From an uncultured Gemmatimonadales bacterium (GTDB lineage: Bacteria; Gemmatimonadota; Gemmatimonadetes; Gemmatimonadales; GWC2-71-9): DNA of 64,000 nt. The stretch spans positions 928,001 through 992,000 of the forward strand of contig CAVOGR010000001.1 in the NCBI GenBank assembly GCA_963695555.1, written 5' to 3'. The notes beneath the pieces are model-generated. The model worked only from the letters and a program-made list of their open reading frames with translations, was not told the DNA's origin and ran no database searches. Of the stretch, positions 1 through 9,307 are shown piece by piece. Each line of letters begins with the position of its first letter. Positions within the stretch are counted from its first letter, which is position 1. The translations under genes and the position numbers were made by a program.

Positions 1-2775
1 ATCCGTCGAGCCCATGAAGACATTGAACCGATCGGCGTCGGGCCCGATGCGGCCGAAGTAGAGCGCGCGGGTGGCGAGCACGAAGGGCCCGGGCAACCGG
101 TCGTAGCGTCGGTAGTCGAGGGTCCCTTGGGTGAAGTCCCAGCCGCCGATGGTACGGGAAAGTTCCACCCGATACCGCCGGCCCATGAATGGGGCCGTCC
201 AGCCGAACAGGGTATTGTCGAACACCATGGCTACGCTTGGCTGCACGAAGTTTGTGCTGCCCAAGGATCGTTCCACAATGCGGGGCTCGGCGACGAGCAA
301 GCCCGTCCGGGGGTCGTATGGCTCCTCGAGTGCCAGGATGTCGTCTTCGATGTTGACCAGCCGCATGCCCAGCTCGATCCGCCGGAAGGTATTGAGCGGG
401 TAGAACCCCTGCGCAAACGCCTGGCGGACGATGAGCCGCCGGATGTTGGTCACGAACGTGTTGAACCCCGGTGCCGGGTCATTCACCCGCAGCTGATCCA
501 ATTCCGCGTAGAATACCGGGTCCTGCGATACACCCACTTGCCAGTTCAGCCGCCGGCTCAGGTTGGTGAAGCCCACGAAGACCTGGGCTTCCTTGATCCG
601 CCCATTCAGGAATGCCGCAATCGCCAGCTGGTGATTGTTGAGCATGTCGGTGAGGACAATCGCGCTCCCGCCATAAAACCCGTTGCCGAACGTGTCTCGG
701 CTGTAGCCGATCGACGGCCGCGACACGTAGTCCGGGCTGAGCTTGGCGCGGTACTTCCCGACTGAGAATTCGCTCGTGTCCGGCAGGTTGAGGGACACCG
801 AGTCGAGCAGGGAAGCCACGGAAATCGGTCCGCCGGCGTCCGGGACCGAGTCCACCCCCGCTGCCACCTGGCCCGCGGCACGGAATCCGCGCGGAGTCCG
901 ATAGATGGTGCCGCCCTCGCGCACCTGGGGCTGAACTTTCGGCGGCGCCTCCAGCACGCCGGGCGGAGCCGCCGCGGAATCCGGTGCGGCGGCAAGCACG
1001 GGCGTTAGTGGTGGAGCGGCCCCCGGCTCGAAGGGGGCGCCCTTCAGCGACCTCGGATTGTCGAGCGTGTACACGTCGAAGTTGTTCTTTTCGTAATACA
1101 CGAACGCGAGGCGATCCGCGTTGGCGGCCCACGAGAGAACCGGCGACTCGGGCGTGATCGACTCGGCCCCGGTGTACAGATCGGTCAGCTTGTAGATGTC
1201 CTGGGCTTCGAAATCATAGAGGAAGATATTCGAAACCCCTGTCCGATCGGACACAAACGCGAGGGAGCGCCCGTCGGGGGCCCACTGCGGGCTCATGTTC
1301 TTTCCCGCATCCATGTGACGCAGCACCTCTTCCGTGCCGCTATCGAGATGGAATAGGGCGATGCGGAAGTTGCCGAAGGCGAGCGTGGCGAAGTCCGTCT
1401 CCGGTCCGCGATCCGTCACGAACGCGATGGTCCTGCCGTCGGGTGACCAAACGGGCTGGAGGTTGGCGTACTTGTCGTCCGTAAGCTTGCGAAAGCCGGT
1501 CCCGTCACGATTCACTAGGTACAGGTCTGAAATGCCGCCGTCATAGCCGGTGAACACCAGCTGCGCCCCGTCGGGGCTCCACGATGGGTTGGTGATGCCG
1601 TTGAGCTCGACCTTGATTCGCCCGACCTCTTTGCCGTTCTCCCCGTTGATGATGACGATGTCGTCCTGGGCCTTGCGGCCGGCCGCGATGGCGAGGAATC
1701 GGCCGTCCGGCGACCAACTCATGCTTGCCTTCAGAAAGCGGAGGGTCCGGAAATTGGGATCGAAGGTGGACTTGACCAGGCGGCGCTTGACCTTGCCGGT
1801 CGTCGCGTCCGCCAGGTACAGATCGATGAAGAAGAAGTCCTTCTCGCTCAGGTACGCGATGGTGGAGCCGTCCGGCCTCAGGGCCGGGGCGATGTGGTAT
1901 CGGCCCTCGGATCGCTCCTCGGTCAAGACGGGCGACGCGACCACCCGGGCCTTGACCCGGTCCTTGATCTCGGGGAGGTACTGCTTTTGGACGTCGTCGC
2001 GCCACTGCTCAATGAGCTGAAGTACCGTCACGCCGAGCACCCGGCGGAACGAGCCCTCGATGCCGCCGGTCACCGTTCCCTGGAGCAGGGCGCCGATGGC
2101 CTCGTCGCCCCACCGCCGCCCAATGTAGGCCATGATCGAGTGGCCATATCGGTAGGGGAACACCCGTTCCAACTGGCGCAGGGTCGGCAAGTCTCCCTCG
2201 AGCGCCGCGTCGCGAATCCACATGGCCGTTTGCGGGGTGATGTCGCCAAGCGAGAGGTACTCGGCCATGCCTTCGGCGAACCACAGCGGTGGGTTGACCC
2301 GCAGAATGGTTGAGAGACCGGAGCCAGCCTTGCCACGGCTCCAGACGTCATATTGGAATTGGTGCACCATTTCGTGCTGGAGCACGTGCTCGAACTCGGA
2401 GTAGGAGCCCGTGAACGGCAAAATGGCGCGATGCTTGAAGAAATCGGTAACGCCGCCCGTGCCCTCCCCAACATTGAGCGTATTGGTCTGCTCGAAATCC
2501 GCACTCGAGGCGTACAGAATGATCGGCTTCCGCTCCTTGAACTCATGGCTCAGGATGCGGGAGAGACGGGCATAGGCGCGCTCGGCCATCCGGGCGGCGT
2601 CCATGGCCGCCGTCCGCTCCCGCTCGTAGAAGTAGATATCGAAATGCTCGGTCTTGATGACCTGGAAATCGAATTTGGTGTATTGGACCTTGTTCTTCCC
2701 GAAGTATTGGGCAGTGCCCACCCCCGGCAAACCGATGACGCACGCCAATACCAACCATGCTGTCCGTCTCGACAT
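1..2775 (-). CDS. Secreted/outer-membrane protein: peptidase-MA-like HEXXH domain, PD40/TolB beta-propeller, probable C-terminal Omp85/BamA-type barrel (3' end runs off the window)
   Basis: Absent from the ORF track because no stop falls in the window. Manual translation from ATG 2775: MSRRTAWLVLACVIGLPGVGTAQYFGKNKVQY...HEMVH...PLWFAEGMAEY, then WSPDG repeats; the same frame reads sensibly at base 1. Confidence 0.8.
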   Translation of the reverse strand, partial: MSRRTAWLVLACVIGLPGVGTAQYFGKNKVQYTKFDFQVIKTEHFDIYFYERERTAAMDAARMAERAYARLSRILSHEFKERKPIILYASSADFEQTNTLNVGEGTGGVTDFFKHRAILPFTGSYSEFEHVLQHEMVHQFQYDVWSRGKAGSGLSTILRVNPPLWFAEGMAEYLSLGDITPQTAMWIRDAALEGDLPTLRQLERVFPYRYGHSIMAYIGRRWGDEAIGALLQGTVTGGIEGSFRRVLGVTVLQLIEQWRDDVQKQYLPEIKDRVKARVVASPVLTEERSEGRYHIAPALRPDGSTIAYLSEKDFFFIDLYLADATTGKVKRRLVKSTFDPNFRTLRFLKASMSWSPDGRFLAIAAGRKAQDDIVIINGENGKEVGRIKVELNGITNPSWSPDGAQLVFTGYDGGISDLYLVNRDGTGFRKLTDDKYANLQPVWSPDGRTIAFVTDRGPETDFATLAFGNFRIALFHLDSGTEEVLRHMDAGKNMSPQWAPDGRSLAFVSDRTGVSNIFLYDFEAQDIYKLTDLYTGAESITPESPVLSWAANADRLAFVYYEKNNFDVYTLDNPRSLKGAPFEPGAAPPLTPVLAAAPDSAAAPPGVLEAPPKVQPQVREGGTIYRTPRGFRAAGQVAAGVDSVPDAGGPISVASLLDSVSLNLPDTSEFSVGKYRAKLSPDYVSRPSIGYSRDTFGNGFYGGSAIVLTDMLNNHQLAIAAFLNGRIKEAQVFVGFTNLSRRLNWQVGVSQDPVFYAELDQLRVNDPAPGFNTFVTNIRRLIVRQAFAQGFYPLNTFRRIELGMRLVNIEDDILALEEPYDPRTGLLVAEPRIVERSLGSTNFVQPSVAMVFDNTLFGWTAPFMGRRYRVELSRTIGGWDFTQGTLDYRRYDRLPGPFVLATRALYFGRIGPDADRFNVFMGSTD

Positions 2776-2791
2776 GAGCGACCTCAAACCT

Positions 2792-3199
2792 TTAGGAGCT
2801 GGCCAGCAGCTCCGGTGCATCACCCCACAACCGCTCCAGCTGGTAGAACGCGCGGGTCTCGGGATGAAAGACATGAATCACGAAATCCACATAGTCCAAC
2901 AATACCCACCGGCCCCCTCGAACGCCCTCGATGTGGTGGGCCCGGTGCCCGTGATGGCGCAGCCGCTCCTCCAGCACATCGGCGATGCCACGCACGTGGG
3001 CATCAGAGGTCCCAGATGCAATGACGAAGAAGTCGGTGGCATCGCTCACATGTCGGAGGTCGAGGACCACGATTTCCCGCCCCTTGCGGTCCTCGATCTC
3101 CGCAACTGCCAGGGCGATCGGCTCGGGTAGCCGAGCCGATCGCGGGGACCGTTCAGCCGGGGTGCGGGCCGCGGGCTTCCTCGGCGGCGTGCTAGGCAT
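2792..3199 (-). CDS. rsfS: Ribosome silencing factor RsfS/Iojap
   Basis: DFFVIASG, WVLLDYVDFVIHVF, FYQLERLWGDA motifs. Confidence 0.95.
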   Translation of the reverse strand: MPSTPPRKPAARTPAERSPRSARLPEPIALAVAEIEDRKGREIVVLDLRHVSDATDFFVIASGTSDAHVRGIADVLEERLRHHGHRAHHIEGVRGGRWVLLDYVDFVIHVFHPETRAFYQLERLWGDAPELLASS

Positions 3200-5018
3200 G
3201 CTGCCGGTCCGGGCTCTCGACCTGGTAGAAGACGGCCCAGGCGCCGGGCCCCACGTGGGTGGCCAGGGCGGCGGTTGCGGGGGACACCAGGCAATCGCGA
3301 GGGGCGAACCTGGCCACCAAGGCGTTCCTGACCTCCTCGGCCACCTCGGGCGCGTCCACGTGGACCACGCCGAGCCGGAAGCGCTCCGGCCGGGGGGTCA
3401 GGCGCTGGTCCAGCAAGGCCACCATTTGGGGCAGCACATTGGCCCGACCGCGCACCCGATCGACCGGAATCACGGCGCCGCTCGCGTCGAGGCCCAGAAT
3501 GGGCTTGACGTCCAGCATCCCGGCGAGCCACGCCTTGCCGCGGCTGACCCGGCCCGAGCGAAGCAGGTTGTCGAACCGATCGACCGTCAAGAGGATGCCC
3601 GAGCGGCTTCGGATGCGCTCGAGCTCGGCCACGATCTCGGGGACCGGCCAGCCGGACTCGGCAAGTTCCGCCGCCCGAAGGGCCAACAGGCCAACTCCGA
3701 GCGAGGCCGATCGGCTATCCACCAGATGGATGTCCTCCAGCTTGGCGGCTCGGACCGCGGCCTGGACCGATTGGAACGTTCCCGACAAGGCCGACGAGAG
3801 AAGGACCACGATCACCTCCGCGGCCTCGGATCTCGCGTCCCTCAAGACCTGGACGATCTCGGCAGGGGTGGGTTGGGATGTGGTGGGGATGGTCCGACTG
3901 GTCCTGAGACGACGGAAGAACTCCGCGTGGGTGAGCTCGACCCGATCCCGGAACGTCTCGTCCCCGAACATCACCTGAAGCGGCACCAACGCGATCTGAT
4001 GGCGGTCCAGCAGGGTGTCGGAGAGGTCCGCAGAACTGTCCGCCACCACTGCGACCGCGCGCTGTGTTTCGTGTGACAGGCCACGATGTTGGGCCCGCAT
4101 GTCATCCGCTTTGCGGCTTGTGATCGTGCCCCATTGCGCCACATGGGCATAGACGGCGTCGGGCTCATCGGTGTGGACATGGATCTTGAGCACGTCCATG
4201 GCCTCCGCGACCACGATCGACCCGCCGAACTTGCGGAGCTGGGCGCGGACCTGGTTGGCGGGCGGGAACTCCGTGCCCTCAATCAGCACCTCAGTGCAGA
4301 ACTGATAGTCCCGTTCCGCATCGACCAGGGCGACGGCGGCCGGCACCATGGCCGAGAGCTCTTTTTCCGAAACGCGTTCGACGGGCTGGATCGGTTCTCC
4401 ATCGACCAGGCGCACCATGCCCTCGATCATCCGGACGAATCCCTTGCCGCCGGCGTCCACCACGCCGGCCTCCTTGAGGACCGCCAACAATTCGGGCGTC
4501 GCTGCCAGGGCCTCCTTGCCGCGGGTCAGCATTCTGTAGAGGAAGTGCCTGATGTCCGGCGAGTCGGCCGCCGCCCGCTGCGCCTCCTCGGCGGCTTGGC
4601 GCGCGACAGTGAGAATGGTGCCCTCGCGCGGGTCGTCGATTGAGTTGTCGAGATGCTCGGCGCCGCGTCTGACGGCGTTGGCCAGCTCTCGCACCGTCGC
4701 GCTCGGGAGATGGTCGAGCGCCTCCGCGACACCGAGGAGGAAGTGCGCCAACATCATGCCTGAATTGCCCCGCGCGCCCATCACAGCCGCGCGGGCCATG
4801 GTGCGGGCCGTCTCGTTGAGCGGCGCCTCTCCGAGCGATTCGAGCGCGTCGGCGACCGAGCGGAGCGTCAGACTGAAATTGGTGCCGGTATCGCCGTCAG
4901 GCACCGGAAACACATTGATCCGGTTGATCTCCTCCCGTCCCGCTGCCACCCACTCAGACGCTGCAAAGAGCGAGCGGGCCAGCCGAGGGCCGTCGAGATA
5001 CGCAATACCGACGGTCAC
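3192..5018 (-). CDS. DAK2 (FakA-like) plus DegV (FakB-like) fused fatty-acid kinase
   Basis: N-terminal INVFPVPDGDTGTN, GARGNSG, VVDAGG; C-terminal DegV motifs TTSQP, SSALSGT, THVGPG. Confidence 0.9.
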   Translation of the reverse strand: MTVGIAYLDGPRLARSLFAASEWVAAGREEINRINVFPVPDGDTGTNFSLTLRSVADALESLGEAPLNETARTMARAAVMGARGNSGMMLAHFLLGVAEALDHLPSATVRELANAVRRGAEHLDNSIDDPREGTILTVARQAAEEAQRAAADSPDIRHFLYRMLTRGKEALAATPELLAVLKEAGVVDAGGKGFVRMIEGMVRLVDGEPIQPVERVSEKELSAMVPAAVALVDAERDYQFCTEVLIEGTEFPPANQVRAQLRKFGGSIVVAEAMDVLKIHVHTDEPDAVYAHVAQWGTITSRKADDMRAQHRGLSHETQRAVAVVADSSADLSDTLLDRHQIALVPLQVMFGDETFRDRVELTHAEFFRRLRTSRTIPTTSQPTPAEIVQVLRDARSEAAEVIVVLLSSALSGTFQSVQAAVRAAKLEDIHLVDSRSASLGVGLLALRAAELAESGWPVPEIVAELERIRSRSGILLTVDRFDNLLRSGRVSRGKAWLAGMLDVKPILGLDASGAVIPVDRVRGRANVLPQMVALLDQRLTPRPERFRLGVVHVDAPEVAEEVRNALVARFAPRDCLVSPATAALATHVGPGAWAVFYQVESPDRQHA

Positions 5019-5028
5019 GGGTCCAATC

Positions 5029-5475
5029 CTATTCCGGCACCACCGTCACGTGCACGCCGGCCGGCACATCGGGATGGAGCTTGATCGACACCGTGTGATC
5101 CCCCAGCGTCTTGATCGGGTGTTCGAGGTCGACCTTACGCTTATCGATGTCGAATCCCTTGGACGCCAGCGCATCCGCCACATCCTGCGCCGTGATGGAC
5201 CCGAACAGCCGGTCACCCTCGCCCACCTTTCCGGGCAGCGTGAGGGTAATGGCCCGCAAGGACTCAGCCAGGCGCTCGGCGTCGCCCCTCTGGGCGGCGA
5301 GCCGAACACCGAGCGCTCTGGTTTCTGCCGCGATGCGCTTCTTGTTGCCCTCGGTGGCCGAGTAGGCCAGCCCCTTCGGGAGCAGATAATTCCTCGCGTA
5401 GCCCGGTCGGACCCGTACCATCTCTCCCGCACGCCCGAGCGAACTGACGTCTTGACGCAGAATGACTTCGATCAT
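5029..5475 (-). CDS. rplI: 50S ribosomal protein L9
   Basis: [10 protein letters not shown]...GYARNYLLPKG...LFGSIT; real start ATG 5475 inside the longer track ORF. Confidence 0.97.
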   Translation of the reverse strand: MIEVILRQDVSSLGRAGEMVRVRPGYARNYLLPKGLAYSATEGNKKRIAAETRALGVRLAAQRGDAERLAESLRAITLTLPGKVGEGDRLFGSITAQDVADALASKGFDIDKRKVDLEHPIKTLGDHTVSIKLHPDVPAGVHVTVVPE

Positions 5476-6431
5476 GGAGTTCCTCCTGTGAACAGTCGCT
5501 TGGCGCGCTGTCGAAATCCGATCCAGGTATCGGCTAGGCCCACGAGTACCAGGCTCGCGGCCACGAACGGGAATAGCAAGAGGCCACCAACCAGCGCGAG
5601 CGCTACCAGCTGCCACCCGCGGCGCTCCAGCGCAATTGCCCACACCACGGCAGCCCCACGGATGCCATAGAGCACCGCCAGCACCGCGAGCCCGTTCAGC
5701 GCCAGGGCGGTGTAGGACCGGCCCATGTCGGCAAGGTACACCCCCAGGCCGGCGATGACCGCCCAGGCCAGAAGGTCGCTCACGGTGAAGGCGCGAAACG
5801 GCATCGAGTCCTCGGCCGCCCTGCCCACAATCCGCCGGTGCCACCGCACGGCCAGACTCCCACCGGCGACCGCCATGAGCACCGCCAGGGCAGGGGTGAG
5901 CATGGCCGCCGGCCCTACACCCGCCGCAAACTGATCGAGGGCCCCGGCAACTGCGGAGCCCGCTGGCGCCCCTCGGGTCACTTGGCCCGCGACCATGCGA
6001 TAGGTCTCCCACCCTTTGGCCTCGAGCGCCAGTTCGATCTGCCACCAGCCGATGCCGAGATAGCGGCACCAGACGCCGGTCGCGACCACCGCCCCCGCGG
6101 CTGCCCACAGGGTCTGCGACAGGAGAGACCCTCGCCCCAGGACCACGGCAATGATGAAGGCTCCGGTGAACAGGATCCCACCCGCCCGGAGGCTCTGATC
6201 CGCCAACCCTCCCGGCTCGGCAAACCATACCGCCGCCCAGACCGCGATCGTGGCGAGCCAGAGCCACTGGCGGCGCGAGGTAGGACGGCGAAGAATCAAG
6301 AGGCTAGCGAGCGGTCCGAGAAAGAAGACCACCATCACTGGCCAGCTGAGCAGAACATACCCACCCAGGACGAAGACCTGGCCAAGCTGCAGCCGGGAAG
6401 GTCCGGAATCCGTACGGCCGGCAGAGGTCAG
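5472..6431 (-). CDS. YybS/DUF2232-family membrane protein (start uncertain: CTG 6431, or GTG 6338/ATG 6335)
   Basis: Multi-TM protein between rpsR and rplI, C-terminal [11 protein letters not shown]; frame open up to a CTG overlapping the rpsR stop. Confidence 0.8.
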   Translation of the reverse strand: MTSAGRTDSGPSRLQLGQVFVLGGYVLLSWPVMVVFFLGPLASLLILRRPTSRRQWLWLATIAVWAAVWFAEPGGLADQSLRAGGILFTGAFIIAVVLGRGSLLSQTLWAAAGAVVATGVWCRYLGIGWWQIELALEAKGWETYRMVAGQVTRGAPAGSAVAGALDQFAAGVGPAAMLTPALAVLMAVAGGSLAVRWHRRIVGRAAEDSMPFRAFTVSDLLAWAVIAGLGVYLADMGRSYTALALNGLAVLAVLYGIRGAAVVWAIALERRGWQLVALALVGGLLLFPFVAASLVLVGLADTWIGFRQRAKRLFTGGTP

Positions 6432-6649
6432 CCGCTATGGCCCTTGATGTAGGGGAGCAATGCCAGTTCGCGGGCCCGCTTGATGGCGGTGCTCAGTTGT
6501 CGCTGATGCCGGGCGCACGTTCCCGAGAGCCTGCTGGGGAGGATCTTCCCCCGCTCCGTCAAGAACCGTGACAGGGTCCGATCGTCCTTGTAGTCGACGA
6601 CCCGCACTCCCGACTCGCAAATGGTACACGTCTTTTGTCGGCGTCTCAT
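6428..6649 (-). CDS. rpsR: 30S ribosomal protein S18 (Cys/Zn-binding type)
   Basis: CTIC...DYKD...[19 protein letters not shown]...AIKRAR. Confidence 0.98.
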   Translation of the reverse strand: MRRRQKTCTICESGVRVVDYKDDRTLSRFLTERGKILPSRLSGTCARHQRQLSTAIKRARELALLPYIKGHSG

Positions 6650-7002
6650 TCGTCACCGTCCTCCGAGGCGCTGGCTTCGTTCGTGGCTGCATCTTGACCC
6701 GGGGCCTCGGGCCGCAGGTTCCCTTCGTTGGCAACCACCATGAACCGGAGCACGCTGTCGTCCAGCTTCACGGCCCGTTCGAACTCGGGCAAGGTCTCGG
6801 GAGGGGTCTCGAAGCGGGCGATCACATAATAGCCAGTTTCGTGATTCTGCAGGGGGTAGGCAAGCGTCCGCTTGCCCCAATGGTCGAGCGCGGGGCTCTC
6901 AGGAAGCCCGAGCACGGTGTGGAACCCTTCCAGGCGTTGGGAAATGGCGGCTTCGTCGAGGGCGGAATCGAAAATGTAGACCGCCTCGTATAGACGGGTC
7001 AT
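6646..7002 (-). CDS. rpsF: 30S ribosomal protein S6
   Basis: YEAVYIF...WGKRTLAYP...GYY...VLRFM. Confidence 0.97.
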   Translation of the reverse strand: MTRLYEAVYIFDSALDEAAISQRLEGFHTVLGLPESPALDHWGKRTLAYPLQNHETGYYVIARFETPPETLPEFERAVKLDDSVLRFMVVANEGNLRPEAPGQDAATNEASASEDGDE

Positions 7003-7003
7003 A

Positions 7004-7060
7004 GCACCTTCCTTTGGTCTCGTCGCCCCGGCTTCAGGTGTTGGCCGAGGAGGGAATCTG
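7004..7060 (-). promoter_or_regulatory. Putative S6:S18-binding rpsF leader RNA
   Basis: Leader TTCCCTCCTCGGC...GCCGGGG..GAGACCAAAGGAAGG folds into a hairpin with an internal ACC loop that overlaps the Shine-Dalgarno. Confidence 0.6.
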
Positions 7061-7136
7061 TTGGTAACAGAGTAACTTAAGCGGGCAGGAACCTCGAAGG
7101 AAGTCCGGCGCTCGGGGACGGCCTCGAGGGTAGATT

Positions 7137-7376
7137 AGGTCCCGTTCGGGACCCTGAGAGGGAGGGTCGACGCAAGTGGGCAATGAGGCAGCCCTCCCGG
7201 ATCAGTGGCCGGTGACCACCGAGGCCATTCGCGAGCTCCACACGAGGAGCTGGCACGGTGCGGTGACCTGTGCGAAGACGGGGGACGGTGTCGAGGCTGC
7301 CCCGGCCTCCATGATGGTGGCGGAGTGAGGCACCGATGCAGGATTAACGAGGTCATGGACCAGGTGTCCGGGCCTT
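7137..7376 (+). ncRNA. Large structured ncRNA candidate (raiA-motif-like segments)
   Basis: Closing helix 7144-7156/7361-7373 plus at least six internal helices; TAGATT -10-like hexamer at 7131-7136; no credible protein in this interval. Confidence 0.6.
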
Positions 7377-7413
7377 CGTCGAGCGCCAAGCGGCGCCTGC
7401 CTGGGAGAGGGTG

Positions 7414-8079
7414 ATGACGGAGCCGGCGATTCGAATTGTCTCGATCCAGATCGGTCAACCCCAAGCGCTCGGTGTGCCGAACGCGGAGAATCCGCTCGAT
7501 CGTCCCTGGACCAGCGCCATCAACAAGTCCCCGGTAGAACGGAAGATCTGGCTGGGAACCGAAGGACTCGACGGTGACGGGCAGGCAGACCGTCGGCATC
7601 ATGGAGGGCCCGAACGCGCCCTCCTGGCGTATGCCGCCTCCCATTACCCGAGTTGGCAGCGGGAACTCGGGTTGGCGGTGCTTGCTCCGGGGGCCTTTGG
7701 AGAGAATTTGACGATCGCGGGGTCGACCGAGGATACAGTGTGCATCGGTGATCGCCTGGCCATTGGCGATGTAATCATCGAGGTGGCCCAGCCCCGGCAG
7801 CCTTGTCAGAACTTGGCCCGGAAGTTCCGCGTGGCCGACATGGTCGCGCGGGTCGAATCATCTGGCCGCGGGGGTTGGTATCTCCGAGTGATCCGCGAGG
7901 GTTGGCTCGAAGCAGGCATGATGGCCGAGCTCACCGGCCGGCCCTATCCCGAGTGGACGGTCCGCGAGGCTGCCCGGGTCTACCAGGCGCGGCGGAACGA
8001 TCCCACCGCCGCCGCGAGGCTGGCGGAGTGCCCGGCTCTTTCCGGCGGGTGGCGGGAGCGGCTGGCTCTCGGCGGATAG
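7414..8079 (+). CDS. MOSC-domain protein (YiiM-like)
   Basis: HHGGPERA, FGENLT, QPRQPC, GWYLRVIREG. Confidence 0.92.
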   Translation: MTEPAIRIVSIQIGQPQALGVPNAENPLDRPWTSAINKSPVERKIWLGTEGLDGDGQADRRHHGGPERALLAYAASHYPSWQRELGLAVLAPGAFGENLTIAGSTEDTVCIGDRLAIGDVIIEVAQPRQPCQNLARKFRVADMVARVESSGRGGWYLRVIREGWLEAGMMAELTGRPYPEWTVREAARVYQARRNDPTAAARLAECPALSGGWRERLALGG

Positions 8080-8102
8080 CCGCCGGGGCGTTTGCCGGCG
8101 GC
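8079..8102. terminator. GC-rich hairpin between convergent MOSC gene and ychF
   Basis: GCCGCCGG-N8-CCGGCGGC; no U-tract. Confidence 0.45.
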
Positions 8103-8127
8103 GAAGGCGGTGCCCGGACCCTCCAGT

Positions 8128-9225
8128 TCAGACGTTGAATCGAAACAGAATGATGTCACCATCCGCTACCACGTAGTCCCTGCCCTCGGCGCGGATCAAG
8201 CCCTGATCCCGTGCCTGCTTCCATCCGCCGACTCGAACGAAATCGTCATACGACACCGTCTCTGCCCGAATAAACCCCCGCTGGAAATCGGTGTGGATCT
8301 CGCCGGCAGCCTCGTAGGCTGTTTCACCTCGGTGGATGGTCCAGGCCCGTACTTGTTTCTCGCCCGTGGTGAAGAAGCTGAGAAGCCCGAGCAAGTGATA
8401 GGCGGCGTGCGTGAGTCGGTCCAGTCCCGTTTCCGCAACACCGAGTCCGTCGAGGTACTCCTGCTGTTCCTCCTCGGAGAGGCTCAGAAGGTCGGCCTCC
8501 ATCTGCGCGGAAAATGTGACGACCTCTGCCGGCTCATGGGATAGCGCGATGGCCGCCTCGAGTTTGCGGACCGCGGGATTTCCGGTGGCGATATCGTCCT
8601 CCGCCACGTTTGCGGCATACAACTCCGGCTTGGTGGTGAGCAGGTTGAGGGATTGAAACGCCGGACGCTCATCCTCGCTGGGCGTGTAGGCTCGCGCCGG
8701 TTTACCCTCGGCCAAGAGCGCCTGGACCCGCTCCAGCATGGCGACTTCGAGTTTCGCCTGTTCGTCGCCCGAGCGCGCGGATCGCGTGGTTCGCTCCAGC
8801 CGCTTTTCAACGGAGGCCAGATCCGCAAGACCCAATTCAACCAGCACGATCTCCCGGTCTCGTACCGGATCGATCGTGGCCATGACATGTTGCACGCTGT
8901 CGGTCTCGAAGCACCGCACCACGTTGACGATCGCGTCGACTTCTCTGATGTGGCCGAGGAATTTGTTGCCGAGACCCTCGCCTTCGCTGGCACCCTTGAC
9001 CAGGCCCGCGATGTCCACGAACTCGATGGTCGCCGGGACGGTTTCCTTGGGTTGGACGATGGTCGTGAGGACATCCAGCCGCGGATCGTGCACGGGGACG
9101 ATGCCCGTGTTGGGCTCGATCGTGGCGAAGGGGTAATTCGCCACCAGTGCGCCGGCCGACGTGAGGGCGTTGAAGAGGGTGGACTTCCCCACGTTGGGCA
9201 GTCCGATAATGCCGAGGCGCAGCAT
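8128..9225 (-). CDS. ychF: Redox-regulated ATPase YchF
   Basis: GLPNVGKSTLFN, NYPFATIEPN, DIAGLVKGAS, IHTDFQRGFIRAE. Confidence 0.98.
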   Translation of the reverse strand: MLRLGIIGLPNVGKSTLFNALTSAGALVANYPFATIEPNTGIVPVHDPRLDVLTTIVQPKETVPATIEFVDIAGLVKGASEGEGLGNKFLGHIREVDAIVNVVRCFETDSVQHVMATIDPVRDREIVLVELGLADLASVEKRLERTTRSARSGDEQAKLEVAMLERVQALLAEGKPARAYTPSEDERPAFQSLNLLTTKPELYAANVAEDDIATGNPAVRKLEAAIALSHEPAEVVTFSAQMEADLLSLSEEEQQEYLDGLGVAETGLDRLTHAAYHLLGLLSFFTTGEKQVRAWTIHRGETAYEAAGEIHTDFQRGFIRAETVSYDDFVRVGGWKQARDQGLIRAEGRDYVVADGDIILFRFNV

Positions 9226-9307
9226 GGAAAAACGCTATCGGCTAACTGCTATCAGCCCGTGACCGTTAGCCGATTGCAGTTCGTCCAGAGCCGATTCCGG
9301 CATGCAG

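Noticed and set aside
7097..7115. GGAAGTCCGGCGCTC resembling the RNase P RNA 5' motif
   Set aside because: The other universal RNase P elements (AGTGCAACAG, ACAGAACCCGGCTTA) are absent.
7135..7644. Protein-coding ORFs across the rpsF-MOSC gap (7135-7644 minus, 7205-7414 plus)
   Set aside because: Low-complexity translations without motifs; the region is better explained by RNA structure.
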